Assembly (NCBI GenBank): GCA_021735655.1
Contig: JAIPGM010000003.1
Span: 214,836-278,835, forward strand
Length of the DNA stretch: 64,000 bases
DNA from: Candidatus Omnitrophota bacterium
GTDB taxonomy: Bacteria > Omnitrophota > Gorgyraeia > Duberdicusellales > 4484-171
Direction: 5' to 3'
Of the stretch, positions 47,613 through 56,705 are shown piece after piece; the first letter of the stretch is position 1; each line of letters starts with the position of its first letter. The position numbers and the translations under genes were made by a program. Under the pieces are notes generated by a model. The model was not told the DNA's origin and ran no database searches. It saw nothing but the letters and a program-made list of their open reading frames with translations.

Positions 47613-49079
47613 ATGATCATAAAGAATAAAAAAGAAGATTTACTTACCTATCTAGAAGATACCTCTAATCTCAAAGGTAGTGCTTGTCGGGTTTATCTCC
47701 CTAAGGATAAGACCGAGCTTTCAAAATGCATTCTTGAACTTAAGCGCCAAAAGATTCCATTTACTGCTTCAGCTGGTAGAACCGGGACAACCGGCGGATG
47801 TACTCCTTTTGGCGGCGCAATCATATCCTTTGAAGGTTTTAGAAAAGATATTGAAGTTGACCTTAAAGATAAAACCGCTAAGCTCAGCGCCGGGGTTTCA
47901 CTTGATGAGTTAGAAACGCGGATTAATAAGTTAAAGCTAACCCTTCGGGCTTCACCAACTGAACCTTTAGCTTTAGCTGTAGGTACGGTTTCAACTGCTG
48001 CTTCCGGAGTAAGAGGTTTTGGTTATCGAGGGATACGCAACTATGTTAAGGAAATTGAACTTTGCCTTGCTGATGGTGAGTTAATTAAAATAAAAAGAGG
48101 CCAGATATTGGCTAAAGGTAGAGTTTTTGATTTTGAGCTTAAAAAAAGAAGATTTAAGTTTAAGCTTCCTAGTTATGCAATCCCTAATTGTAAGTCTCAG
48201 GCCGGTTATTTTATGAAAGATAATTTAGATTTGATCGACCTTTTTATTGGTTCAGAGGGTACATTAGGCATTATTGTTTCCTGCGTTTTATCTTTGCAGG
48301 ATATTCCCTATCGGGCTTTTGATGGCCTAATTTTTTTCAGTAAAGAGGAAGATAGCTTAAAATTTGTTAGTGATATCAAAGCCTTAAAACAAAAAAGGAC
48401 TATAGTCCCGACATCTTTAGAATTTTTTGATGCCAATTCTTTAAAGTTGCTTAAAAAAGAGTATTCTTTTATTCCTGAAGCGGCTGCGGCAGTTTACTTT
48501 GAGCAAGAAGTAGAAGTGGTCAGTGATCATGAACGATTAATTGATAAGTGGCAGAACTTAATTGAGCAAAGTAGTGCTTTAGTTGAAGAATCTATTTTTG
48601 CTGATACTGCTCAAGAAAGGGAAAAGGTGTTTGCGATAAGGCACAAATTACCTCAGATGATAAATGAATTTTTACGTCAGTCTAAGCAGGTTAAGGTAGC
48701 CTCGGATATTGCCGTGCCGGAAAGTAAATTTGACCAGATGTATCAGGATTATCGAAAGATAGCTAAAGAATGCGGGATTGATTATGTTAATTTTGGTCAC
48801 ATCGGTGAGTCGCACCTTCATTTTAACTTTTTGCCTAAGAGTGATACTGAAAGTGAGCAGGCTAAAGAGTATCTTAAAGAGCTTTGTCAGAGGGCAGTAG
48901 CTCTTGGTGGTACAGTATCAGCTGAGCATGGAATTGGAAAGATAAAGAAGTCTTATTTAAAGTTAATGTATAGCGCTGAAGATATTAAAGGAATGGCTCG
49001 GGTAAAGAAATATTTTGATCCTGATTGTCTTTTGGGTTTAGATAATATATTCGATCGGGAACTACTTAAGGATTTATGA
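47613..49079 (+). CDS. FAD-linked oxidase (GlcD / D-lactate dehydrogenase family)
   Basis: FAD-binding PCMH-type N-terminal domain plus C-terminal FAD-oxidase_C domain; 488 aa. Confidence 0.7.
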   Translation: MIIKNKKEDLLTYLEDTSNLKGSACRVYLPKDKTELSKCILELKRQKIPFTASAGRTGTTGGCTPFGGAIISFEGFRKDIEVDLKDKTAKLSAGVSLDELETRINKLKLTLRASPTEPLALAVGTVSTAASGVRGFGYRGIRNYVKEIELCLADGELIKIKRGQILAKGRVFDFELKKRRFKFKLPSYAIPNCKSQAGYFMKDNLDLIDLFIGSEGTLGIIVSCVLSLQDIPYRAFDGLIFFSKEEDSLKFVSDIKALKQKRTIVPTSLEFFDANSLKLLKKEYSFIPEAAAAVYFEQEVEVVSDHERLIDKWQNLIEQSSALVEESIFADTAQEREKVFAIRHKLPQMINEFLRQSKQVKVASDIAVPESKFDQMYQDYRKIAKECGIDYVNFGHIGESHLHFNFLPKSDTESEQAKEYLKELCQRAVALGGTVSAEHGIGKIKKSYLKLMYSAEDIKGMARVKKYFDPDCLLGLDNIFDRELLKDL

Positions 49080-49468
49080 AAAAAGAGTTAGCTGTCGCTG
49101 CAGCTTTAATTAAACGCGATAGCAAGTTTTTGCTTTGTCAAAGAAACCCTCACGATTGCTATAGTTTGCTTTGGGAGTTTCCCGGCGGCGCAATCGAGGC
49201 TGGTGAAACCAACAAGCAAGCGATAGAGCGGGAGATAGCTGAGGAATTAGGTCTAAAAATAGAGGCTAAGGAATTAGTCAATGAGTTTTTTGATGAAGAT
49301 CAGGATTTAATAATTAAGATTTTTCTAATTCGTTGTCAAATTAAGAGTGGTAAACCGAAAGCTCTTGATTGTAATGATTTTGGTTTTTTTTCGTTTCCGG
49401 AAGCCGAAGGGCTAGCGCTTGCTCCGGCTGATAAGAAGATACTTGCCTATTTGAAAGAGGTTAACTAG
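49076..49468 (+). CDS. NUDIX hydrolase (MutT-like)
   Basis: Nudix box GGAIEAGETNKQAIEREIAEELGL; 130 aa. Confidence 0.75.
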   Translation: MKKELAVAAALIKRDSKFLLCQRNPHDCYSLLWEFPGGAIEAGETNKQAIEREIAEELGLKIEAKELVNEFFDEDQDLIIKIFLIRCQIKSGKPKALDCNDFGFFSFPEAEGLALAPADKKILAYLKEVN

Positions 49469-49470
49469 AT

Positions 49471-50148
49471 TTAATCTTCCTTTCGTTTTTCGTCAAAATA
49501 GTCTAAATCAGTCAAAGGCAATATGACCGAAGTTGCAATATTGGTTAAATGCGAAGCAATGCGTTTAAAGTAACGAGCAGCTAGAGTAAGCGAAACAGCC
49601 TCGTTTACTGAAAGGTTACTTTGCGATAGCTTTTTTATTGTTTCATCGCAGCGTCGTTTTATTTCCTTCTGGTATTCCCAGGTTTTAGCAGCCTCTGTTT
49701 CGTCCGATTCGATAAAAGCTTTTTTGGTCTGGGCAAAAAGGGTGACTATGTCTCCTTCAATATTGTTAAAAAGCTCGGTGTATTTTGTTTTATCTACTGG
49801 TTTATTCAATAGACTAGTTACTTCAAGAAGGTTTTTGGCATAATCGCCAAGCCGCTCAGCATCTTTCACTACACTCATTAAAAGCAGGCAAGTAGGAACA
49901 TCGACTGATGGCTGAATTGAGAGGTGCTCAATTACCCTTTTTCTGATATCTTTTTGCAGCTGGTTTATTTTGCCGTCAATTTCATAGATCTTTTCTTTTA
50001 GGCCTGGCTCTTCTTGATTATCAATGAGTTTTCTGCATACAGCGACGAACATGATTTGAGAGTCGTCGAGCATATTTTTAAACTCATCAAGAACTTGGCT
50101 TAAGAAATTTTTTCCTTTCCAGAATTGTAATAGATTTTTAAACATCAT
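49471..50148 (-). CDS. phoU: Phosphate transport regulator PhoU-family protein
   Basis: Two PhoU repeats with conserved D/E...D...E helices; 225 aa. Confidence 0.75.
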   Translation of the reverse strand: MMFKNLLQFWKGKNFLSQVLDEFKNMLDDSQIMFVAVCRKLIDNQEEPGLKEKIYEIDGKINQLQKDIRKRVIEHLSIQPSVDVPTCLLLMSVVKDAERLGDYAKNLLEVTSLLNKPVDKTKYTELFNNIEGDIVTLFAQTKKAFIESDETEAAKTWEYQKEIKRRCDETIKKLSQSNLSVNEAVSLTLAARYFKRIASHLTNIATSVILPLTDLDYFDEKRKED

Positions 50149-50274
50149 AACCTCCTTAATGAGCTCTTGATGCTTCAGCTATCAAGAGCGAATTATGTCC
50201 GAGCCGCTTCGGAAAAATATTCTGCTCGAAGAGAATAAGATTTTTCCGATATTTAGGCGACCGGACTATTATTG

Positions 50275-51423
50275 TCATTTCAACACCCGGGAAATAAAAA
50301 TTAATAGACCCGGTAGAGCAAAAAACATGATTAAGACATAGAAGATAACATATCTTCTTTTTATTGAAGCCAGCTGGCCTAATTTTTTAGCTAAAAATAT
50401 CGGTATAGCCCGTATTCGTTTTATCGGGTAAATTATGAAAACTCCAATAATGTTAAAAAGAAAATGGGTAAAGGCAACGGTAATTGCTGCGATGTTTCCG
50501 GTAGCAAAGGAAGCAAGCATAGCGGTTACCGTAGTGCCGATGTTGGCTCCCATGGTTATCGGAAATGCCATTTCAACAGTTAGTATCCCGGCTGCCATCA
50601 GCGGAACTAGCAAAGAAGTGGTGATTGATGAACTTTGGACGACGGCGGTAAGAATAGTTCCAACGATTATAGCCAAGACAGCATGTTTACCTAAAACATT
50701 ATTAAGTACAATCTCAGCTCTTTGCATTACCAGCGAGCGCATGATTTTTACAATGAAGTAGAGGGCTGAAAAAAGAATTATAATTGAAATAATTAGAAGC
50801 AATATGTAGTGGGCATGGCTGGGAATGTTTAATTTTTCAATTAGGCCGTCAATTAGATGTATTAAAGGTTGAGTGATGATTTTAATTGGGCTAGTAAATT
50901 TAATGCCGCCGACATTACTAAAAATTTTAGCCATCAGAGCAGCAGTTTTGCTTAAAAAGCCAAAAGCTACCTCAAGCGGAAAAAGTATGCATACACAGAC
51001 AAGATTAAAAAAGTCATGCACTCCAGTTCCAGTTACGGCTTTTTTGAATTCTTCTTTGCGGTTGATATGGCCGATTGCAACTAGCATTCCGGTTACGGTA
51101 GTGCCGATATTGGCTCCCATAACTATTGGGACCGCGTTGGATATAGTCATAACTCCCGAGGCAACCATGCCGACAACAATTGAGGTGGTGGTTGATGAAC
51201 TTTGGACTATGCTGGTAGCCAGAATTCCGATAAACAACCCGATAAAAGGATTGGCAGTGGTTGCGATTAAGCTTTCGGCAAAACCCTTACCAAAGCCTTT
51301 AAAAGCTGCGCCCATTAGTCCGATACTGACTAAAAATAAATAAACAAAGCTAAGGACGAGAATTAATTTTAGCGGAGTGTTTAGCCTTTTTGGAGGCATA
51401 AAGTGTATTTGATATTTTTTCAA
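50275..51423 (-). CDS. Na+/phosphate cotransporter (NptA / Na_Pi_cotrans family)
   Basis: Two internal repeats with the ...SS.TT...VAIGANIGTT(V)T... signature of type II Na/Pi cotransporters; 382 aa; upstream of phoU on the same strand. Confidence 0.75.
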   Translation of the reverse strand: MKKYQIHFMPPKRLNTPLKLILVLSFVYLFLVSIGLMGAAFKGFGKGFAESLIATTANPFIGLFIGILATSIVQSSSTTTSIVVGMVASGVMTISNAVPIVMGANIGTTVTGMLVAIGHINRKEEFKKAVTGTGVHDFFNLVCVCILFPLEVAFGFLSKTAALMAKIFSNVGGIKFTSPIKIITQPLIHLIDGLIEKLNIPSHAHYILLLIISIIILFSALYFIVKIMRSLVMQRAEIVLNNVLGKHAVLAIIVGTILTAVVQSSSITTSLLVPLMAAGILTVEMAFPITMGANIGTTVTAMLASFATGNIAAITVAFTHFLFNIIGVFIIYPIKRIRAIPIFLAKKLGQLASIKRRYVIFYVLIMFFALPGLLIFISRVLK

Positions 51424-51514
51424 GAAGTGAAATTATAAAACTATTCGTGAAAAAGTATTATACAAAGAAAAGGAATCATTGCAAGCCTTTTCTTTTTAGG
51501 TTATAATTTTAATT

Positions 51515-52054
51515 ATGAGCGAGAGACAACAACTGCTTTCTTTATTAAAAAAGGAGGCTTTTCTTAAAAAAAGAGTTAAGCTAGCCTCCGGCAAGATAAG
51601 CAATTTTTATATTGATGTAAGAAAGGTATCCCTAAGCCCTAAGGGAGTCTATTTAATTTCTCGGCTTGCTTTTAACTTGATAAAAAAAGATTCAATTCAG
51701 GCGATCGGTGGTCCAACCTTGGGAGCTGATCCGATTGTTAGCGGTGTATGCCTGCTTGCTTATAAGCGTAACAAGAAATTAAAAGGATTCTTAATTCGCA
51801 AAACTCCCAAAAAACATGGCCGTCAGAAGTTAGTTGAAGGTCAAGACTTAAAAAGCGGCATGAAGGTGGTTATTGTTGATGATGTCGCTACCAGCGGCGG
51901 TTCATTGATTAAGTCAATTGAAATTTTAAAACAGGAGAGAATAAAAGTAGTAAAAGCTCTGGTTGTGGTCGATCGTGAAGAAGGCGCAACCGAAAACCTC
52001 GCTGCCTTAAATTGCCCGCTTGTATCTTTATTTAGAAAATCTGATTTTCTATGA
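51515..52054 (+). CDS. pyrE: Orotate phosphoribosyltransferase
   Basis: PRPP-binding motif VVIVDDVATSGGS; 179 aa. Confidence 0.85.
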   Translation: MSERQQLLSLLKKEAFLKKRVKLASGKISNFYIDVRKVSLSPKGVYLISRLAFNLIKKDSIQAIGGPTLGADPIVSGVCLLAYKRNKKLKGFLIRKTPKKHGRQKLVEGQDLKSGMKVVIVDDVATSGGSLIKSIEILKQERIKVVKALVVVDREEGATENLAALNCPLVSLFRKSDFL

Positions 52055-52848
52055 ATCGTATCCAAAAAAGCCTCACTGTAAAAAATTGTCTCTGTTTTGT
52101 TCTTAGCTTATCATTGCTAGGCTGTATTAGCAGCGAGTATAATGTTGGGACCCAATCCCAGGACCTCTATTTTTTTTCTACTGAACGGGAGGTAGCTATG
52201 GGTAGGAACATTGCTAAGAAAATTTCCGAGGAATTTAAGATTTCTAAAAATCCCCTAGATATCAAAAGGCTCCAGAACATTGCTTCAAAAATAACCGAAT
52301 ACACTGACCGTAAAGAAATAAGCTATTATTTCTATATTATTGAAGAGGATGATAAAGCTAAAAGTCAAATTAACGCCTTTGCTCTTCCCGGTGGCTATGT
52401 TTATGTATTTAAAGAGCTTTTTGATTTATTAGATGATGATCAGCTTGCTTTTGTCTTAGGCCATGAGATCGCCCATATTGTGAGTCGCCACAGCATAAAA
52501 AGGCTTCAGGCAGCCATGGGCTATAATCTTTTAGTCGTTGCCTCAGCTGGGGCAACCCGAAACGCTAGGTTTACTCAAGGGCTTTCTTTTGCTTTAGCTC
52601 AGATCTTAACCGGCTATTCCCGAGACGATGAGCTTAATGCCGACGAGGTGGCAGTTAAATATTGTCGATTGGCCGGATTTAATCCAATTGCCGGGATAGA
52701 GGTTCAAGAGAAGCTTTATCAAGAAAACAAAAAGAAAATCAGGCCACTTTCTTATTTTAAAACCCATCCTTATACCGATCAAAGAATCCGCCGAATTAAG
52801 GAAGTTTTACGTCTACCTCTAGGCGTAGATGATTACATTAACTATTAA
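52051..52848 (+). CDS. M48-family zinc metallopeptidase (lipoprotein)
   Basis: Lipobox LSLLGC; HExxH motif LGHEIAHIVSRH; 265 aa. Confidence 0.7.
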   Translation: MNRIQKSLTVKNCLCFVLSLSLLGCISSEYNVGTQSQDLYFFSTEREVAMGRNIAKKISEEFKISKNPLDIKRLQNIASKITEYTDRKEISYYFYIIEEDDKAKSQINAFALPGGYVYVFKELFDLLDDDQLAFVLGHEIAHIVSRHSIKRLQAAMGYNLLVVASAGATRNARFTQGLSFALAQILTGYSRDDELNADEVAVKYCRLAGFNPIAGIEVQEKLYQENKKKIRPLSYFKTHPYTDQRIRRIKEVLRLPLGVDDYINY

Positions 52849-52884
52849 CAATATAGTTAATTAAACCTCAAAAATATTTATTTT

Positions 52885-53835
52885 TTAAAAGAATTCTTTC
52901 ATTAGTAAACAAAATGAAAGGTTGACTGTGTTGAAGATAGAGTGAAAGAGAAAACAAGGGTAAATGTTTTGCGATTTTTCATAGAGATAGCAAAGAGCCA
53001 TACTGAGGATGAAAATAGGCAGGACGCTATAAGGGGTTCGGTGTAAGAGCGAGAAGAACAGTGAAACAACCATTGCTGAGCCTAAGAAGTTAAATCGGCT
53101 GCGTACTAATTTATAGATAAATCCGCGAAAAAATAACTCTTCAGCTAAAGGGCCCAAGGCAATTACTTGTAAAACCAGCAAGGAAATCGAAGTTTTATTT
53201 TTCAGTAAGAATAAAAGTTCGATTGCTGGATTAAGCGAGTCCTTAAAACCCAATTTATTGGCTACGAAACCATTAACCAGAGCTGAAACTATAAGAATAG
53301 GTAAGACAGCGCTATAGGTACTTAAGGCAAAGATGGTGTATTTTTTATCAAAAGCTAAGCCCAAATTTTTAATTTTTAAATATTTCCAGACTAACAAGAT
53401 TACTGTTATTTGCAGCAACATATTTATTGAGATCAGAAAATCAAGCGATAATTTCCATTGGAGTTTATAGAGGAGAGTAGGAACGATATAGCTAAAACAT
53501 AGGCAGGCGGATATTAAGAATAAAAGTTGGCTTGCTTTTTCTTCTGATAAGTTAAACGGTTTTTGTTTCTCTTGAATTGAAGCCAGAGCCTTCTTTTTGA
53601 TTTTTCGGACAGTTAAGATAGCTAGTTGAATTATTCCGATGAGAATAATATTTAAGTAGAGGAGACCAAAAATAACCAAGAGGATCATGGCCGAGTTTAA
53701 AACAAATTTTGCTTTATTAAGCTCAAAGGGAAAACTTACCTCTGAATTAGAGATTGGAGTGATACTTGCTTCAATAAGAAGTATTGCTAGTATGCAAACT
53801 ATGATGAAGAGGATGTATTGGTTTCGTTTTGACAT
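52885..53835 (-). CDS. CPBP-family intramembrane metalloprotease (CAAX protease-like)
   Basis: Multi-TM protein with conserved EELFFRG, ...HxxxY and FHSxxN motifs of the CPBP/Abi family; 316 aa. Confidence 0.7.
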   Translation of the reverse strand: MSKRNQYILFIIVCILAILLIEASITPISNSEVSFPFELNKAKFVLNSAMILLVIFGLLYLNIILIGIIQLAILTVRKIKKKALASIQEKQKPFNLSEEKASQLLFLISACLCFSYIVPTLLYKLQWKLSLDFLISINMLLQITVILLVWKYLKIKNLGLAFDKKYTIFALSTYSAVLPILIVSALVNGFVANKLGFKDSLNPAIELLFLLKNKTSISLLVLQVIALGPLAEELFFRGFIYKLVRSRFNFLGSAMVVSLFFSLLHRTPYSVLPIFILSMALCYLYEKSQNIYPCFLFHSIFNTVNLSFCLLMKEFF

Positions 53836-53843
53836 TTTTATAT

Positions 53844-53939
53844 TGGCGGAGAGGCTGGGATTTGAACCCAGGGCCCCACTGTTAAGCGAGGCATCCGATT
53901 TCGAATCGGACGCTTTAAACCGGACTCAGCCACCTCTCC
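53844..53939 (-). tRNA. tRNA-Ser (anticodon CGA), long variable arm, CCA encoded
   Basis: Reverse complement folds as acceptor GGAGAGG/CCTCTCC, anticodon loop TTCGAAA (anticodon CGA), long extra arm, T-arm GGTTCAAATCC, 3' GCCA. Confidence 0.85.
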
Positions 53940-53947
53940 ATAAATTA

Positions 53948-54029
53948 TGCGGAAGGGGGGAGTTGAACCCCCATGGAGTTACCCACATGAATCTGAATCA
54001 TGCGCGTCTGCCAATTCCGCCACTTCCGC
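53948..54029 (-). tRNA. tRNA-Leu (anticodon CAG), long variable arm, no encoded CCA
   Basis: Reverse complement: acceptor GCGGAAG/CTTCCGC, D-arm GGCGGAATTGGCAGACGC, anticodon loop TTCAGAT (anticodon CAG), extra arm, T-arm GGTTCAACTCC. Confidence 0.8.
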
Positions 54030-54170
54030 GTAAGCTTTTTTAGGCCTTGACCGATTATATCAAAAAACTAGACAGGTTTCCATTTATTGTGTATAATCCT
54101 AGCACAAAGTTAACTAGCTGCTTCTTGGCCACAGAGGCAGAAAATCACAAATAATTTAGGAGGTAGGAAT

Positions 54171-56705
54171 ATGAGTCGTAATTGGTTCAAATTATTGTCT
54201 GTACTAGGGGTATTTTTATTACTTGTTGTAAGCTCAGCTTATGCTTATCGGCTTCCCGAAGACTATTCAAACATAAAGTATTTTTATGTTTTTGGTTCAG
54301 AGGGCAGCCCGCTGATGGGGGCTGAGGATAATGAATTAGAAATATATTTTGAAATTCCTGATCAGGAAGCCGGAGATTTGTTGATTAAGGTTTTCGATCC
54401 TGATACTGGAGGAAAACGCGACTGGAAAGAGAATGCCGATAATTCTTGGGATACAGTTACTGAGTTCGCTGTCTACGGTAACAAACTTCTTGCCGAGAAG
54501 CAATTTTCCGAAGGAGACTATGACTATAATTATTTTACCTTCGGACCTTACTCAGCGGATCAAGGCAAGAAAATAGATGGTGGCTATCAATTTAAAATGA
54601 AAGTCCGGGGCCTTAAAGGTGACGATGCCAATCTTTTTAAATTTAAGATATTTCCGAAAAGCGCTGAGGCCTATAGTTACAATATTACAATGCGTCTAGC
54701 TTCTAATGAGGGAGAGGAGATGTATTTTTACCCTGATGTGCCGGCTGGCACTAAAGAGCTTTTAGTAGAAAATTACGATATTGACCGAAGAGGTGGAATC
54801 AGTGTTTTATATGACCCATTATTAAGGACTAAATATGATATTAATGATTCGAGCAGCGGAGAGTGGAGCAAGACGGTTGTGCCGGTAAATGTTTTGAGCT
54901 CGCGACGATTCAAATATGTAATTACTAAAGGAACTCAACGATCAGCCCATGCTGCTTTAAAGATAGCTAATGATAAGGGCGAGTTGTTGCCAATTTACTT
55001 TAGGAAAGCTCCAGCTTTACCAGTAACTACAGCTAAGGCTCTTCCCTTGGTAAAAAAACTATCAGTTAAGAGAGTTCCAGTAGAGGAGCCTTCTCCGATC
55101 CCGTTTAAAAGACCGGCTCCGCTTAAGTGCAATAAATTTATTTTTGATGCAACTAAATCTTACGATCCTGACGATCAGAATCTTTCTTTTCATTGGGACT
55201 TTGGTGACGGGGTAACTAGTACCGAATCAATCATAACTCATGCCTATGATCAGGGAGGAGAATACTTAGTTGCTTTGACCGTATTTGATGATTCAGGTCT
55301 CGAGTGTAATACTGATAAGATTACTCAGAAAATATTTGTAAATACTGCGCCCCGGGCTGATTTTACGGTTACTGAATCAGCTTGCATAAATCAGAAAATT
55401 ACCCTTGATGCTAGTTCTACTGTTGATGAAACCCCGGGAGATACGGTTTACTCTTGGGATTTCGGCGACGGAACAACTGGTGTCGGGAAAAAAGTTAAAA
55501 AGTTTTATGAAAAAGGTGGAATTTACAGAGTTACTCTTAGCGTGGACGATAACTTTGATACCGCCTGTAGTAAAGATGTATTTGCCAAAACCGTTCGCAT
55601 TAATACCCCTCCGGTAGCTTCAGCTGGCGAGGATGTTAGTTTATGCCTAAAATCTCAAGATGATAAATATAAGGTAAAGTTCAATGCTGGAGGTTCTGAG
55701 GATAGTGATGGTAACCGGCTTACTTATTATTGGAATTTCGGTGATGGCACCAAAGCCGAGGGTAAAATAATCAGCCATACCTATCAAAAAGGAGGCCAGT
55801 ATAAAGTCAATTTAGTTGTTGATGATTTTTCTGGCACAAATTGTAGCGTTGACAGCGATAGCTTGGTTGTGAATTTAAATCGTGTGCCATTAGTTAACGC
55901 TGGAGGTGAGATTAGCGCCTGCCAAGCCGAAGTAGTTGAATTTAGCGGTTCGGCATCTAGTGAGGATGGTTGCAATGATTGTGCTTATCATTGGAATTTC
56001 GGAGGTGGAGAAATTGTTGAAGGCTTAAGGGCAGAGCATGTTTACGATAAAGGAGGAGTCTATAATGTTGCTTTCACCGCTGATGACGGAAAAGGCACTC
56101 CTTGTTCAAGTTCTACCGATATCGTCAAGGTAGATATTAATTCTTCACCTTCGGTATCTCTGAAAGGCTCTAAATTAGGTTGCTTAGATCAAACTTTTAG
56201 TTTTGATGCTTCTTCGGCTAGAGACTTTAACGGTGATAGCTTGAGATATTTCTGGGACTTTGGTGATGGAACAATAAGAGAAGATAAAGCCAAAGTTACG
56301 CATAAATATTCAAAGGGCGGCCGCTACAAAGTTAAGGTTACAGTAAACGATCAAAGAAATTTACCTTGCTCAACTGCAAGTTCCGATATCGAAGTCAGGG
56401 TTAATACTGCACCGGTTGCCGATGCTGGGCCTAACCTGGTTTGCTGTCAGGGTAAGGAAACAGTGTTTGATGCTTCTAATTCTTATGATCCTGATGGAGA
56501 TAAACTAACTTATTCTTGGAATTTTGGCGATGGTCGTAAGGCTAAAGGTGTTAAAGTAACTCACGCTTACAGAAAGCACGGGATTTATGACGTAGTGTTA
56601 ACGGTTAAGGATGATTCAGGAAGTGATTGCAACCTAGGTACGGCAGGGTTTACTGCTAATGTTCAGGCTACCCCGGTTGCGGTAATTGATGTTAGAAAGA
56701 AATAA
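54171..56705 (+). CDS. Secreted multi-PKD-domain protein (unknown ~300-aa N-terminal domain plus six PKD repeats)
   Basis: Signal peptide MSRNWFKLLSVLGVFLLLVVSSAYA; six repeats carrying the W(D/N)FGDG...Y-(V/L)...V-D PKD signature (e.g. FHWDFGDGVTS, YSWDFGDGTTG, YYWNFGDGTKA, YHWNFGGGEIV, YFWDFGDGTIR, YSWNFGDGRKA); 844 aa. Confidence 0.8.
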   Translation: MSRNWFKLLSVLGVFLLLVVSSAYAYRLPEDYSNIKYFYVFGSEGSPLMGAEDNELEIYFEIPDQEAGDLLIKVFDPDTGGKRDWKENADNSWDTVTEFAVYGNKLLAEKQFSEGDYDYNYFTFGPYSADQGKKIDGGYQFKMKVRGLKGDDANLFKFKIFPKSAEAYSYNITMRLASNEGEEMYFYPDVPAGTKELLVENYDIDRRGGISVLYDPLLRTKYDINDSSSGEWSKTVVPVNVLSSRRFKYVITKGTQRSAHAALKIANDKGELLPIYFRKAPALPVTTAKALPLVKKLSVKRVPVEEPSPIPFKRPAPLKCNKFIFDATKSYDPDDQNLSFHWDFGDGVTSTESIITHAYDQGGEYLVALTVFDDSGLECNTDKITQKIFVNTAPRADFTVTESACINQKITLDASSTVDETPGDTVYSWDFGDGTTGVGKKVKKFYEKGGIYRVTLSVDDNFDTACSKDVFAKTVRINTPPVASAGEDVSLCLKSQDDKYKVKFNAGGSEDSDGNRLTYYWNFGDGTKAEGKIISHTYQKGGQYKVNLVVDDFSGTNCSVDSDSLVVNLNRVPLVNAGGEISACQAEVVEFSGSASSEDGCNDCAYHWNFGGGEIVEGLRAEHVYDKGGVYNVAFTADDGKGTPCSSSTDIVKVDINSSPSVSLKGSKLGCLDQTFSFDASSARDFNGDSLRYFWDFGDGTIREDKAKVTHKYSKGGRYKVKVTVNDQRNLPCSTASSDIEVRVNTAPVADAGPNLVCCQGKETVFDASNSYDPDGDKLTYSWNFGDGRKAKGVKVTHAYRKHGIYDVVLTVKDDSGSDCNLGTAGFTANVQATPVAVIDVRKK
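56400..56702 (+). repeat. Paralogous PKD module, copy 1 (3' end of the 844-aa PKD gene)
   Basis: ~80% nucleotide identity to 57209-57511 by eye, e.g. gatgctgggcctaacctggtttgctgtcagggtaaggaaacagtgtttgatgcttctaattcttatgatcctgatggagataa versus gatgccggtccgaataaggtttgctgtcagggtaaagaggctatttttgatgcttctaactcttatgatcccgatggagataa. Confidence 0.7.

Noticed and set aside
50435-51343. Plus-strand ORFs 50435..50761 and 50873..51343
   Set aside because: They are antisense to the well-supported Na/Pi cotransporter gene. Their low-complexity, Ala/Pro/Thr-rich translations are typical of shadow ORFs.
53687-54043. 118-aa plus-strand ORF
   Set aside because: It lies entirely over the tRNA-Ser/tRNA-Leu genes on the opposite strand; this is a spurious read-through ORF.
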